From: Chiloscyllium plagiosum
Lineage: Eukaryota
DNA length: 62,000 nt
Assembly (NCBI RefSeq): GCF_004010195.1
Contig: NC_057751.1
Coordinates: 7,902,137 to 7,964,136, forward strand
Direction of reading: 5' to 3'
Positions 37,700-50,750 of this stretch are shown one piece after another. The position numbers and the translations under genes are program-made. The first letter of the stretch is position 1. Each line of letters opens with the position of its first letter. The notes under the pieces are model-generated. The model was not told where the DNA came from and did no database searches. It saw nothing but the letters and a program-made list of their open reading frames with translations.

Positions 37700-38107
37700 A
37701 GAGCAACGCAGCAGGTGCAGCAAGTAGTGAAGAAAGCTAATCGCATGCTGGCCTTCGTAACAAGAGGGATTGAGTATAGAAGCAAAGAGGTTCTTCTGCA
37801 GCTGTACAGGGCCCTGGTGAGACCGCACCTGGAATATTGTGTGCAGTTCTGGTCTCCAAATTTGAGGAAAAACATTCTGGCTATTGGGGGAGTGCAGGGT
37901 AGGTTCACGAGGTCAATTGCCCCAGAAGGGAGTGGAGGCCCAGTTTCTGGATTCGTTTAAGAAAAGAGTTGAATAGTGGAATCAAGGATTATGGAGATAA
38001 GGCAGGAACAGGAAACTGATTGAGGATGATCAGCCATGATCATAATGAATGGTGGTGCAGGCTCGAAGGGCAGAATGGCCTACTCCTGCACCTATTGTCT
38101 ATTGTCT
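37700..38107 (+). mobile_element. CR1 LINE fragment with internal deletion
   Basis: KKANRMLAFVTRGIEYRSKEVLLQLYRALVRPHLEYCVQFWSP joined to 3' tail. Confidence 0.9.
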
Positions 38108-39111
38108 AAAATACTTTTCAACTTGAAAAAACTGTCTTCATTTTGCCCTGATTTTGCAGTTGAAAATGTCCATACTTCTGACAATGGATAGCATCACAGA
38201 AGCATGTTAATTAAGGCAACTGAACAATATCCCTTTCACTCCAAAGTCCTCTGTTGATATGTGTTGAAGCATCTCCACATGACCAGCAACTTCTGACCCA
38301 ACGAGAACAGAATTCCTTTTAATCTTTTTAGTAAACTGCGGGGAAAATTGTACATTGCAAATCAATCTAATGTTTGCAAAATGCCCAGATGATAACAATG
38401 TGTACAGATTATGGCAGTGGAGCTAATTTGGATGACGATATGTTTGAGGACCTCTTCCATAAAGCAAGTTGCTTGTTCAAGCAGTTCTCTGGTATCTACA
38501 TTTTCGCTCAACCTTGGGATGCAGTGGATTTCTGTATACTGACACAAACTTACAAAACTCACGCCAGGACAGGGAAATGGACATTGGCTCAGTTTCAAGA
38601 TCTGTTCTAGGATTGCTCAGTGGGTAGATTTGTTGTCAGACACTCAGGAACTACGGTTCTAGGTAAGCGCAGTTTCGCTCCATAACATCACATATTACAC
38701 TCAAGACTGTTAATTCCTGTTAGCCATGTGCTTCAATGGTCTATCATGTACCAGAAGTGAATACAATGCTCCTGGAATTCTTACAGCAGAAGTCAGTGGG
38801 GGTGAGCAACAAAAATAAAAAAATTACCTTTGTGCAGCATCTTAAAAACAACATGTTCAAAAATGAGTCAGAGGACCAAGGGTCCACAAGATGTTGCACC
38901 AAATCATATGAGGAGACAGATGATTCTGCTATGCTGCTTGAGTGTGGTATGAGAGGAGGGCTGGAAAACAAGTGGAGTCTTGTATGACAGTTTACAGAAA
39001 TATGGTTAAATGCCAGCTATGTCCAGGTCATGTAGGTGCAGGGGCTAACAATCCAGAAGAAGTCCCATGATCTCAGATCACTCCCCAGTAACGACATAGG
39101 CTTTCTTTGTA

Positions 39112-39460
39112 AGGCAGGCAATGATGTCGTGAGATTATCGCCGGACTATTAATCCAGAGACCTGGGTCATATTTGGGAACCTGCCTTTGAATGCAGCGAT
39201 GACAGATGGTACAATTCGAATTCAATAGTAATCTGGAGACAGGAGTTTGTTGATCAACATGAAAGTATTCTCCATTGTCAGAAAAACCCATCTGGTTCAC
39301 TGATGTCCTTTCGGAACAAAACCTGCAACCCTTACCTGTTCTGGCCTACATGTGACTCCAGGCCCACGGCTATGTGGTTGACTCTCAACTATCATCTGAG
39401 CAATTAGGAATGGGCAATCAATGCTGGCCAAGCCAGTGACACCCACAATCCATGAATGAA
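39112..39460 (+). mobile_element. Family B SINE
   Basis: Full-length copy. Confidence 0.85.
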
Positions 39461-39911
39461 TGCATAATTTTACAAATTCAGATTAATCCTTTGCACGAGG
39501 ATGACCAAAGGCTAGGTCCATGATGTTAGTTTTTAGGGAAAGTTATGGTTTGACTAACAAATTCCCAAGGTTTAGGCAAAGGGAGCTGAAGGTATGGCCA
39601 TCAGATGTTGAGCAAAGAAGGGCAGATACAGATCAAGGAGACTTGATTCAATGGAATGAAAATATTCAGAGGAGGAGGAAATGAAGGGGGGCTTGTGGTG
39701 TTTGACACCAGGGAGCAAGTCAAAAGTAAGGATGAGGATTTTGCAATAACTGCGTTGTTGGGAAAGGAATCAATGTCTATCAGGGTGACAGGTGAGACAT
39801 GGGATCTGGGCAGCAGAATGTGGGCTCAGATTTATGCAAGTTGCAAGTTATAGAAGGCCATTCATAAGGACATTGGAATAACTAAGGTTTGAATGAAGAA
39901 AGTCATGGGCA

Positions 39912-40272
39912 ACAGTTTCAATGTCAAATGGTTCATAGAATCCCTGCAGTGTGCAAGCAGATCATTCATCTCATCGAGTCCACACCAAATCTGCAAAAAG
40001 CATCCCACCCAGACCCACCCCACTATCCCTGTAACCCCACAATTCCCATGGCTAATCCACCCAGGCTGCACATCCCTGGACACCATGGGGCAATTTTTCA
40101 CAACCAGTCCACCTAAACTGCACATCTTCGGACTGTGGGTGGAAACTAGAGCACCCAGACAAGATGCACAGAGAATGTGCAAACTCCACACTGACACTTG
40201 CCCAAGGTTAGGATCGAACCCAGCTCCCCGCAACTGCGAGGCAGCAGTGCTAACCACTGAGCCAACATGCCA
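39912..40272 (-). mobile_element. HE1-type V-SINE
   Basis: Reverse complement of head and core. Confidence 0.85.
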
Positions 40273-41384
40273 GCCACGGCAGCAGAGACAATGGACGAGT
40301 TTATAGACGTTTGATCTTTTCCCTCTACAGGTGCATCCCGGACATGATTGATCTGCTGTCTTTGGACATACCACGTGTGAGCCAAGGAAGCCTCAAAAAC
40401 CTCTTTCATTGTGGCTTTTAACTAATTTGGAATGCGTATAGGGAAACTTCTGTTGGAATCTTTTGTTGCAGCACATGTCCCATGGCATTGTCAAAGTGAA
40501 TCAAAGGACAACAGTTCTGTAACAATATTTTTTGCCACATCAGAGACAATAGCAAGGATATTCATTGCAATGACAGACTGAGTCACATACCATTTCTATT
40601 AAATGACATTCTAGAATTTTTACTGTCTCTGGAGACTGAGCTCCATTATCCCCTGAAAATTGTAACTGATTGGACATTACTTTATATTCTATCCCCATAC
40701 CTGTGTACCTACTTTTTATTTCCTTCCAGATTGAGAACCGAGAATGCATCATCAAGTGGAACAGACTTTATGTTTTAACCCCTTCATGGTCCCACCCAGA
40801 CCACCTTTCCACCAGCAACAACTGGAAGTTCAGTGGCACCGTTAATGAACTGAGATGTCCCAAGGTCTGTTAAAGGAGCATCAGCCACTGAAATTTGTCT
40901 GTAAGCCACCCAACGAAACGAGGACAGCAAACATCTTGTTCAAAGGGAGAACTTCGAAGAACGTCTCAGAAGCGGGGATCAAGACAGAAATGCAGAAAGC
41001 TTGGGGAGAGTTTTTAGAGAGTTTAAGACTGGGGCAGATGAGAAGGCACAAGCGACAGTGGGGTTGGAGGAGGTGTACAGAGGTGGGGAGGTGGATGAGG
41101 TGTTGGTGGGTTTGCAAACAAGGGCGTGAACGTCAAAGTTCAGCATGGCAGCCACTGTTGAACAGTGACCTCTCGAACACCACGTCTCACCCTGCACCCC
41201 ATTAATGGCAGCCGTGCCTCATTCTGTTATCTGACAGCTATGATTTCAATGCATGACTGTTGTGTGTTGACACAGGACTTGCGCCTTTGCTTATGCGTTT
41301 CTAACATGGGGATGGTCAGTTTCTGCAATCTGTACTTGCTGCTGCTAATAGAGCCTTAGGGTGGAATACACATTGGACAATTTT

Positions 41385-41840
41385 CAGTCAAGTAGGCAGG
41401 TAGCATTGAGGTGGTGGGGAGGTTGCAGAAGGATTTAGACAGGTGAGAAGAATGGGCAAAGAAGTGGCAGATGGAGTACAACGTGGGAATGTGTTTGGTC
41501 AAGCACCTTGGTAGGACGCAAAGAGGCATGGACTATTTTCTAAATGGGGAGAAAATTCAGAAGCCTGAAGTGCAAAGAGATTTGGGAGTTTTAGTCCAGG
41601 ATTCTCTCAGGGTAAACTCAGCCAGAGAGCAATGGAATTCACTGCTAAATAAGGCTGTGGAGGCCAGGTCATTGAGTACATTTAAGACGGAGATAGATAG
41701 GTTCTTGATTGCAAAGGGGATCAAGGGTTTCGGGGAGATTACGGGAGAATGGAGTTGAGAAACTTATCAGCCATGATTGAATGGTGGGACAGGCTTGATG
41801 GGCTGAGTGGCCTAATTTCTGCTCCTTCGTCTTATGGTCT
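41385..41840 (+). mobile_element. CR1 LINE fragment
   Basis: WQMEYNVGMC...QRDLGVLVQDSL...FKTEIDRFL. Confidence 0.85.
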
Positions 41841-41990
41841 TAAGAGTGAGAAAGGCGTTGTTACTTTCAATTGGTTCAGTCGATCCACTGCTACATCATA
41901 ATTTAGGCTCTGCGCTTGGAAAAACTGCCAGTCCTGCTTCATGTCAGCTGGCAGTGAGTGACGAAAAGTTGTAGACATTGTCATCACTTT

Positions 41991-42107
41991 CTGGATCAGT
42001 GGTGCTGGAAGAGCACAGCAATTCAGGCAGCATCCGAAGACAGGCAAAATCGACGTTTCGGGCAAAAGCCGAAGGGTTTCCAGCATCTGCAGTCATTGTT
42101 TTTACCT
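41991..42107. mobile_element. Internally deleted Penelope-derived element
   Basis: pLTR sequence with a half HHR; exact 15-bp TSD cattgtcatcacttt at 41976-41990 and 42108-42122. Confidence 0.7.
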
Positions 42108-43608
42108 CATTGTCATCACTTTGCCAAGGCTTCATCATCAGCCTGTTTAGTCATTCTTTCCCAGTGTCTTTCTGCAACTTGTAATCCCAGATCCCTCTCC
42201 TGCCACCATCTTCTGTACTCACAGGAGACAACAGCATGGTGTCAACTGTGTATTTAATGATTCATTTGGAGGATCATTTGCCCAAGATGTGGGGTGCAGC
42301 CTGGTCCAAGTCACATGAATGAAGCAGACTGGAAAGGACACCTGTATATAATTCCAGTTCAAGTCAAACAATGACCGAAGTTTGCTTCTTTGGTGCAATG
42401 TCCATCTTTTTGCTCCTGTGATATCTGTGAGAAATAATTGTCATGCATTCATACATTAAAGATGCTTTATAAATTGCAAGGCCACGGTTCTGTTGTTCAG
42501 TCAATATATCCTGCAGCCTTTAATGGGAGAACAGCTAATGTTGGGAGCACCTTGGGATTGACATCTGTTCAAGTAGCTTCGAATGCTTGCACGCTTTTTG
42601 TCGGGGCAAGTACTTAACTTTCTCAACAACAAAGACTTTAATCGTAAAAGCATTCTGAAGGTTTTCTTTCCTGAATAGAGAGATGGGCCAGAGCTGCTGT
42701 CTTCAATTTGTGTCACTATTGTGTACAACTGTGGTTGTTGTGGCACATACTGATGACCATGAAAACTCACAGCTATTGCATGATTCATTGAAACTGATGG
42801 ATTAGCCCTGATCAATTTACTGTTTCAGGTGTCACTTGTGCTTGCCAGATTGGCAATGAGAAAAGTCGTCTTTCTGTCTGGATTGGGAACACTGAATTTT
42901 CAAACATAGAAGAGCTGCGGACATGGCAAGGGAGAGGGGTTGCAGTGAGCTCAAGGGACCTTCAAAGTTAAGCGCAGTGCATAGGTTAGTACCCTCTTCA
43001 TTGGGGCTTCTTGTTTCTGGGTTTCTTGTTGGATCAGCACAAGTGAAGGTTCAGTTTGAACTTCTCAAATTTCGAGTTCATTCTCAAGGCCTGGGAAGTC
43101 GGGGCAGGGGGTTGGTGGTGATGGTGGCGGTCACAGACCTGTTCTGGGGAAGTCATGGCTCTTCAAGCCTGCGCACCATTTCACCGACCCGTCCATTGAT
43201 GTGTTGCTGGGGTCTGAAGTTGTAGGTGTATGGGATAGCTGTGAAGGTGGTGATTGGACGCTCCTCGGGAGGTCAGCAACAGGAACGAAGAGTCAGACTC
43301 CAGTATTTCACGTGGAGCGCAGTTTGAAGATCAAAGTCGGGGAGGAAAAATGAGCATCATTTTCGCCAACATCCGCAAACCCTCTCCCAACACTGTCTTC
43401 ACGAACTTCTTCCAACACGTCAATCCTCAGAACAACGTAGCTTGCACATCTTGCTCCCAGACGCAAATCAAATCCCCAAGACTGCACAGTGTCAACCTCA
43501 CCTTCAAAGTGTATAGTGCAACCTTCCGGCAGAACTACGGTGAGCAATCCTTCAACACAGCAGGCAAAAAAATGAGCAGCCATGGGAACTGGGTCTTCAT
43601 TCTGATTA

Positions 43609-43781
43609 CAGAGAAACCTTGATTATCCGAAGTACAGAGGCAGGTACTACTTTGTTCGGTTAATTGAATGCTGGATAATCGAATGCTGGATAACATAGTT
43701 AGCCAAGCATTGGGACCTTGTGATCTTGCCGGATAATCCAAAATTTGGTGAATCGAATGCCAGATAATCAAGTTTCTTCCA
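43609..43781. mobile_element. TcMar/Tigger-like MITE
   Basis: Imperfect TIRs cagagaaaccttgattatccg / cagataatcaagtttcttcca flanked by TA. Confidence 0.6.
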
Positions 43782-44134
43782 TACTCCCAGTTATTTCTTT
43801 GACCATGGCCGAGATTGGTTTTGCTCATGAATTATCCATGATAACCTACAGGGTCCCCACCATTGAAGTCAGCAATAGTACCACAAAACTCAAGTGAATG
43901 ACCCATGTGACTTAAAACCTACCCGTCACAAGAGGCAGTGAAGGTTTCACGTCAATGGCCTTCTGCACTTTGCTGTCATGTGCAGGTTGGTGGTTGGGAA
44001 CCAGCTTCATGATCCAACAGGAATTTCACTTGGTATTGTGCACCCAGTCCTCTGTCAACTGCACCATGCCCACCATACAGGACCTTGTGGCACATTGGTA
44101 GTGTCCAGAGTTCTGGACCAGGAGATCCAAGTGC

Positions 44135-44750
44135 CATAAGACCATAAGAAATATGAGGAGGAGTAATCCATTCTACCCCTCGAGCCTGCTCTGCCATTCA
44201 ATTGGATCACGGCTGACCCAACATTGCTAATTCCATTTTCCTGCTTTTTCCCCATAACCCTCAATTGTCCGAGTGGTCAAGGAATTATTTCGTACTTAAA
44301 CATACGCAAGGACTCTGCTCCCACGGCTTTCTATGGCAAGGAGCTGTAAAGTCTCCCAACCCTCACAGAAGAAATTCCTCCTCGCTGCTGTCTTAAATTA
44401 ATGGGCCTTTATTCCCAGAGACAATGTCCTCTGGTCCTAGACTCTCCCATGAGAGCTAACATCCTATCAACCCTTTAAGAATCCTACACGGTTCAATGAG
44501 ATCACCTCTCAATCTTCTAAACTCCCACGAGTAGAGTCCCAAGCTGTTTGGCCTTTGCTCATAGGACAATCCTTCCACACCAGGGAACACACAAGTGAAT
44601 GTTCTCTGATATGCCTCCAAGGAAATGTTATCTTTCCTTAAATAAGGGGACCAAAACTGTTCATAGTACTCCAGATGTGGCTTCACTAGCACCTTGCACA
44701 GTTGCATGAAGACTTCCCTACACTTGTACTTCAACTCACTTGAAACCAGA
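44135..44750 (-). mobile_element. CR1 LINE 3' fragment
   Basis: LVKPHLEYYEQFWSPYLRKD...RRLRGDLIE. Confidence 0.9.
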
Positions 44751-44814
44751 GTCAATCTGCTCCAGAGAAAGGTAATAACATCTCCGAACAGGGCGAAAAG
44801 AATACGTCTGACCT

Positions 44815-45065
44815 ATTCAGGACTTGAGCTTCCCCATGGGTTTATGTATGGACTGGGTAAATGGAAAGCAGCTGTTAATGCTTGTCGAGAGGTCAATAAC
44901 AAAGGGACATAATTTTGAAGTGTAAGGCAAGAGGTTTAGAGGAGATCTGAGGAAAAATGTTTTCACCCAGTGGGTAATGGAGGTCTGGAAGGCATTGTCT
45001 GGGAGAGTAGATAAGGTGGAAACTTCTAAACCTTTAAAAAGGTTTGGATGCAAACTTGAAATGCC
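44815..45065 (+). mobile_element. CR1 LINE fragment
   Basis: gaggtttagaggagatctgaggaaaaatgttttcacccagtgggt 3' ORF2 segment. Confidence 0.75.
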
Positions 45066-45094
45066 ATAGCTTAACGTGGGAAAGTAAGACTCAT

Positions 45095-45410
45095 GCCTGG
45101 GACCCGGGTTCGATTCCAGCCTCCGATGACGGTCTGCGTAGAGATTGCACGCTCTTCCCGTGTCTGCATGGGTTTCCTCTGGGTGCTCCGGTTCCCTCCC
45201 ACAGTCCAAAGACGTGCAGCTCAGTTGGACTGACCATGCTAAATTGTCCATAGTGTCCAGGGAAGTTGTTGGCTGGGTGGATTAGCCATGGGAAACGTAG
45301 GTTTACTGGAATAGCATAGATGGGTGGGTCTGGGTTGGATGCTGTTCAGCGGTCTGTGTGGACTCAATGGGTCAAATGGCCTGCTTCCAGACTGTGGGGA
45401 TTCTATGATT
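45095..45410 (+). mobile_element. HE1-type V-SINE, 5'-truncated
   Basis: B box gggttcgattcc followed by core. Confidence 0.85.
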
Positions 45411-45814
45411 GTACACAATGATAAAATTCCACCCCCAATTGAGGGTGGCTCAACCCACCAATGGCTGACCCGAAATATTGTGCACATTTTAACTAGGTCA
45501 CAAAAGGTTGGTGAGGTTTTTGGTTGTCCTGCATAGAGAAATTAACCTCTTTCACAAAATGAAACACGTCACTTTTTAATCCCCTTCAGTTCTGAGGGAG
45601 AGTCCCGTTCAATTTAAGATGTCAAACTGTTTCTTTCTCCACAGATACTGCCAGACCTGCAGAGGTGCTGTCGCACTTTCTGCTTCGACAACAAAATAAC
45701 TCCTTATAGTACTGTAATCATCTTCTGTACCCTGCTTACATCTTCAAACTTCTTTCTGCACAGAGGAGGCCACTCAGCCCTTCGAGTCTGCAGCACATGA
45801 AATACAGGATTCCA

Positions 45815-46318
45815 ATTTGATTTGTTTGATTTGACTTATTATTGTCAAGAGTACCAAGTTACAGTGAAAAGAGTTGTTTTACGTGCTTACAAGCAGATTG
45901 TACGAGCATATGGATCAGGGTAATGGAACAGAACACAGCATATAGAGTTAAAGTTGCCGAGAAGGTAGAGAGAGAGAGATCAACATTAACATTAAATAGG
46001 TCCATACAAATGTCTGGTAACAGTGAGAAAGAAGCAGCTCTAGAATTGGTTTGTACGTGTGGACAAATGTTTATACCTTCTGCCCAACGGAAGAGGGTGA
46101 AAGAGAGTATAAATGGCCTGGGAGGGATCTTTGATCATGTTGGTTGCTTTCCCAGTGCTGTGGAAAGTGTAAACAGAGTCAATGGATGGGAGGCTGGTTT
46201 GTGTGATGGACTAGACTGGACTGTGTTCACAACTCTGTGTAGGTTCTTTTGGTCTTGGGCAACTGACATTCCACACTGTGATGCATCCAGGTAGGATGCT
46301 TTCTGTGGTGCATCTATA
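45815..46318 (-). mobile_element. Rex1/Babar-like LINE 3' fragment
   Basis: Reverse complement resembles 18515-19186; (tttga)n tail. Confidence 0.65.
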
Positions 46319-48823
46319 AAGATTTCTCACAAGTCTGGCCCTTGGTTCTTGCTGCTAACCTCCTGAGTTGTCTACACCTGCACTGTTTCGATATGGGTAT
46401 AGGGAGTGCGCAGGAACGTGGAGTTGATGCTAAAGTGAGTTCAGCCATGATCTTACTAAACAGCAGAGCAGGCCTGCTCCTCCTCTGAATTCTTGCGACC
46501 ACTTGTTGGTCATGAACAACATTACAACACTCAATGACAGAGAACTGGGAAAGCAAAACACTCAACAAATAGGAGAACGGAGCAATCGCCTTTGTTTCAC
46601 ATCAGAGTGGGGTCAAGGTTTTCAGATTGCTCACCAACTGTTAATATTAAGTTAACAAGAGCAAGTCTGACCCTGTTCCCACCTCATATTCTCAAGCTCT
46701 CCAGCAGGGACAGCAGGCTAAATGCGACCTGATCACAATCCCAGACAAAATCAGCTCTGACCCTTTGGACTGGATAGCTCTTGCAGTGCCTCTGCTGCAG
46801 AAACTGAACCGTCAGAACTTGACAGCATTCAAAATCCCTTCCAATACAGCATGACATTTGAGTGCTTTTGGTATGGATGTAGATAGATAACCACAAATAG
46901 TTGACAGCTGCATTCAAATCTCATTCTAACTCCCCTAATGGGCTTTGTAAGTGCACAGATCCTGAGATAACTTTGCCTTGATGTTACCAGGCCACTGTGT
47001 GGTTTGGAGCCTGTAACAATTCAGCCTGGGCACTTATAATGGACACGCTTGATGGATCTACATTTTCTAGCTCTGTATCAGGCACACGTATTGCAGATAT
47101 GAAATTGAAAATTACAGGGAATCTGACCTGCTTGTGGAAAGGTTATTGCATCTGATTTTAGCAGCCGGCAGAGTTCAGCAATTGAAATCAGTGGTTATTT
47201 CTCGAATGCTTTGTCCTGAAGCACAAGGAAGAAGGTCTGCATAGCTCCCATCCCCCTCTACACCTCTGTTGCCACCCCTGGATTCCTGAAGAAAGGTTAT
47301 ATCAAAATGTTGACTTCTCTACCTCCTCATGCTGGTTTGCTTGCTGTGTTCTTCCAGCCTCCTGCTTGTCCACCATGTTTGAAACCACCCTCTCTCTTTT
47401 TCTCATCTCTCCCTCTTCCTCTCGCATTACCACCTCGCAGTGGATTAAAGGTTGACAAGTCTGATCTCAGCTTCTCCTGCAGCCATCATAGCACTTCAAT
47501 TACACACTGCGTTCAATGACAGGTGAAACATCCAAGGTTTCTGGTGTTGATCACTGTCCACTCATCTCAGCGGGTGGAATGGTCCTCTTGACGTGTCCGA
47601 CATTGAACAAAACCAGGTGGAGATTTGGGGACAGAGTGTGGCGAGAGAGCGGATTGTTCAATTTTCCTGCCACTTTGCCTGTCCCACTACTCATCATATG
47701 AGATTGCACCAACCTTACAGTCAGAAGAGGAGGAGAAATCAGTACCAGCATCTGAACAACCACAATGGGCTGAAGAGCCTCATTGTGAATAGAAACTGCA
47801 ACCATTATTTGAAACAACCGGACAACATTCATCATGCTGATTCATGCATGACAAGTTGAACTCTGACGCACGAAGACTGCACTCCACAGGGTCACAGTTT
47901 CCGGAGTGGACTGGGGCTAACTGCGCTGAGGGATGCAAAGATCAGAAGGGAACGGATGACAAATTTCATTCATCATGGGTCATGAATTGGAGCCGAACAA
48001 AAGTGAAAGCACAGCTCAAAACAAAAGAAAACAAGAAAACTACCACACAGTCTGCAACTCGATGATAAGGCTGAAGCATTTCAAAATAAAGCCACAGGCA
48101 ATACAAGTCAGTTAGGCACCCGTTCCAATGAGGAGGAATTCTGCCAATAGAATTAATTGCTGGAAATTGCATTTTTGCTCAATCTTTGCAAAACCGAGAG
48201 ATGCCCAAGTACATCCAAACATGGTGATGTTGCCTTGTCCCCTGTCTCACATGTTGGTGCCTCACATGTCCCAATGCTGTCAGCAATGAGGTATTGATTA
48301 TTGGCTTTGTCTGAAAGATTGCAAGATGATTTGCAAGTTCCCACTGTCAGCAGGCCATGCCTGGCTTCTGTTATTGGTCACACTGAAATATGACAGCTAT
48401 TCACTGGCCAAGGGCACCTCTAAATTTGGCTGGAAAACTAAATACAGAATCTCGCATTGCTCCGCCACACTGGCACACACCTCTGAGGCATTCCATTTAT
48501 CTATGTTTCCCTTTCAAGTGAATATCATTTTGCAGACTTCATAAGAATAAGACACCAACAGAATTGAAAAATGCAGATGGAAGCAAATGCATACCTCAAA
48601 AGCAATCTGACTTGCTCTTCACTGTCGGAAACTTCAATACAATTCCGTCTGTGCTTTATTTTCTGAAAAGATTGTGTATCATGGACAGGCAAGACAGAAC
48701 ACCACAACACACAATCACTCAACCTGAACTATCAACATCTCTCTCCAACTGCACCTGCTGACTCCGCCCACCTCCCCCAAAGCTATGGCACACATGCTGT
48801 CCCCTCCACACTTCACTTCAGCT

Positions 48824-48854
48824 CTGATGAAGTGTCAGCGATACTTGAAACATT
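48824..48854 (+). ncRNA. Degenerate hammerhead motif in pLTR relic
   Basis: CTGATGA-AGTGTC-AGC-GATACTT-GAAA-CATT followed by a pLTR-type tail. Confidence 0.4.
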
Positions 48855-49332
48855 AGTCCGCTCTCTCTCTCTATGGATGCTGTCCGACCAGCTGTCATTT
48901 CCAGCACTTCTTGTTTTCAATGCAGAGTCCAGCATCTTCAATAATTTGTTCCTAACAAAACATACTTTCTTGGATTTTGGGGAAAAGACCTGGAATTATT
49001 TGGTTTAAATTTTCATTGTTCTTGAAACAAAAAGCAGTGGAGTGAATGTTTCTGGACGCAGGAATGTAGTTTGGGGACAGGAGAGTTTGTACCAGGCCAT
49101 TGTGCACATATAACTCACATCTTTGGAAGATCAAGTTTCGAATGAGTTACGTTGCAATAGAGAGTGCACCTGAAATGACCCTAACTGAATGCTTTGGGAC
49201 ATCTTTATATCTCAAAAGGCAAATTGTAAGTGCAAGTTCTTTCTCTCCCCTTCTCTGTTCATTTGTTAATGCAAAGCATCTCTCACAACTTCTGGTTTTT
49301 TGTCAGCGAAGAAGTCTGACAATGCATTAGAC

Positions 49333-49645
49333 TGGAGTCGAAAAGTGTGGCACTGGAAAAAGCTCAGCAGGTCAGGCAGCATCCGAGGAGCTAGACAGTC
49401 ATTGTTTCATTCATTAATTCCTGATGAAGAGCTTATGCCTGAGAAGTTGACTCTCCTGCTCCTGAAGAAGGGCTAATGCCCGAAACGTCGATTCTCCTGT
49501 TCCCTAGATGCTGCCTGACCTGCTGCGCTTTTCCAGCAACACATTTCCATCTCCTGCTCCTCCAATGCTGCCTGACCTGCGTGTGCTTTTTCCAACGCCA
49601 CACATTTTGACTCTGACTCTCCAGCAACTGCAGTTCTCACTTGCT
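49333..49645. mobile_element. Penelope-derived element with inverted and tandem pLTR segments
   Basis: One inverted arm followed by repeated ctcctgctcc...gctgcctgacctgc segments; two HHR motifs. Confidence 0.65.
49462..49489 (+). ncRNA. Minimal hammerhead motif (second of a tandem pair; degenerate first copy at 49421)
   Basis: CTGAAGA-A-GGGC-TAAT-GCCC-GAAA-CG-TC. Confidence 0.65.
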
Positions 49646-49649
49646 CCTG

Positions 49650-50260
49650 ATGCATTACATTGGGAAAGGGGAAATGCAATGAGATCTGGGTGCCATCATG
49701 CACCAGTCGCTTAAAGCAAGCATCGAGGTGCAGCGAGCAGTGAAGAAGGCAAATGGTATATTGGCTTCTGTAGTGTAAGGATTTGAGATAGAGTAAATAG
49801 ACAAGGTCTTTCCTCCAGGGTAGGGTTGTCAGGGTTTTGGGGGCATTAGTGAATGGAGAAAGACTTAAAAGGGACCTAAGGGGCAACTTTTTCATGCAGC
49901 GGGTGATGCATGGATGGAATGAACTGCCAGAGGAAGTGGTGGAGGCTGATTACAATTACAGCATTTAGAAGGCATCTGGATGGGTACATGCATAGGAAGG
50001 GTTTAGTGTGGTCTGGGCCAAATGGGACAAGATTAATTTAGGCTAAGTGGTCGACATGGACAAGATGGACCGAAGGGCCTGCATCCGTGCTGTGCATCTC
50101 TATGGCAGAGGTAGGGATGTCTTGCTGCAGTTGCACAGGGCTTTGGTGAGGCTACACCTGGAGTATTGTTTTTTTGGTCTCAATATCCGAGGAAACGTGT
50201 TCTGACTGTGCAGCGAGTGCAACAAAGATTTACCAGACTGAGTACTGGGATGGCAGAACT
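49650..50260 (+). mobile_element. Rearranged CR1 LINE fragments
   Basis: Scrambled ORF2 C-terminal pieces and 3' tail. Confidence 0.8.
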
Positions 50261-50264
50261 GACA

Positions 50265-50750
50265 CAGAACATAGAACAGTACAGCACAGTACGGGCCTTT
50301 TGGCCCTCGAGGCTGTGCCAACCTTTTATCCTATTCCAAGATCTTCAGCCATGATGCGATCCCTGATTAACAGTGCCACTCCCCCACTTCTTTCACCTCG
50401 CTCCCTATTCCTTTTGAAACATCTAAACCCCAGAACATCCAACAACCTTTCCTGCCCCTGTGACATCCAAGTCTCTGTAATGGCCACAACATCATAGTTC
50501 CAAGCACTAACCCATGCCCTAAGTTCATCACCCGTATTCCCGGTACCTCTTGCATTAAAACAGCCCAGTTCTGCCACTTCACCAATCACACTGACTGAAA
50601 CTTTTCCCTATCAACTGTCTATCCCTCCCCACAGATTCTCTGTAAGCTGTATTTGACTGTTCATGAGCCACGCCATCCTCAGATCCGTAGATCCGATTCC
50701 CAACCCACCCGCCAAACTAGTTTAAACCCTCCTGAAGAGCTCTAGTACAG
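50265..50750 (-). mobile_element. CR1 LINE: APE endonuclease N-terminus fused to 3' tail
   Basis: FNARG...DELRAWVSAWNYDVVAITETW...FKRNR...GGVALLIRD, directly joined to the 3' end. Confidence 0.85.

Noticed and set aside
38229..38325. Strong acceptor ttttccccgcag with open frames
   Set aside because: Only a weak donor (gtgaaa) and no supported link to other exons
43535..43601. Signal-peptide-like exon MKTQFPWLLIFLPAVLKDCSP*
   Set aside because: The acceptor's pyrimidine tract comes from the MITE end and the frame stops after 21 codons
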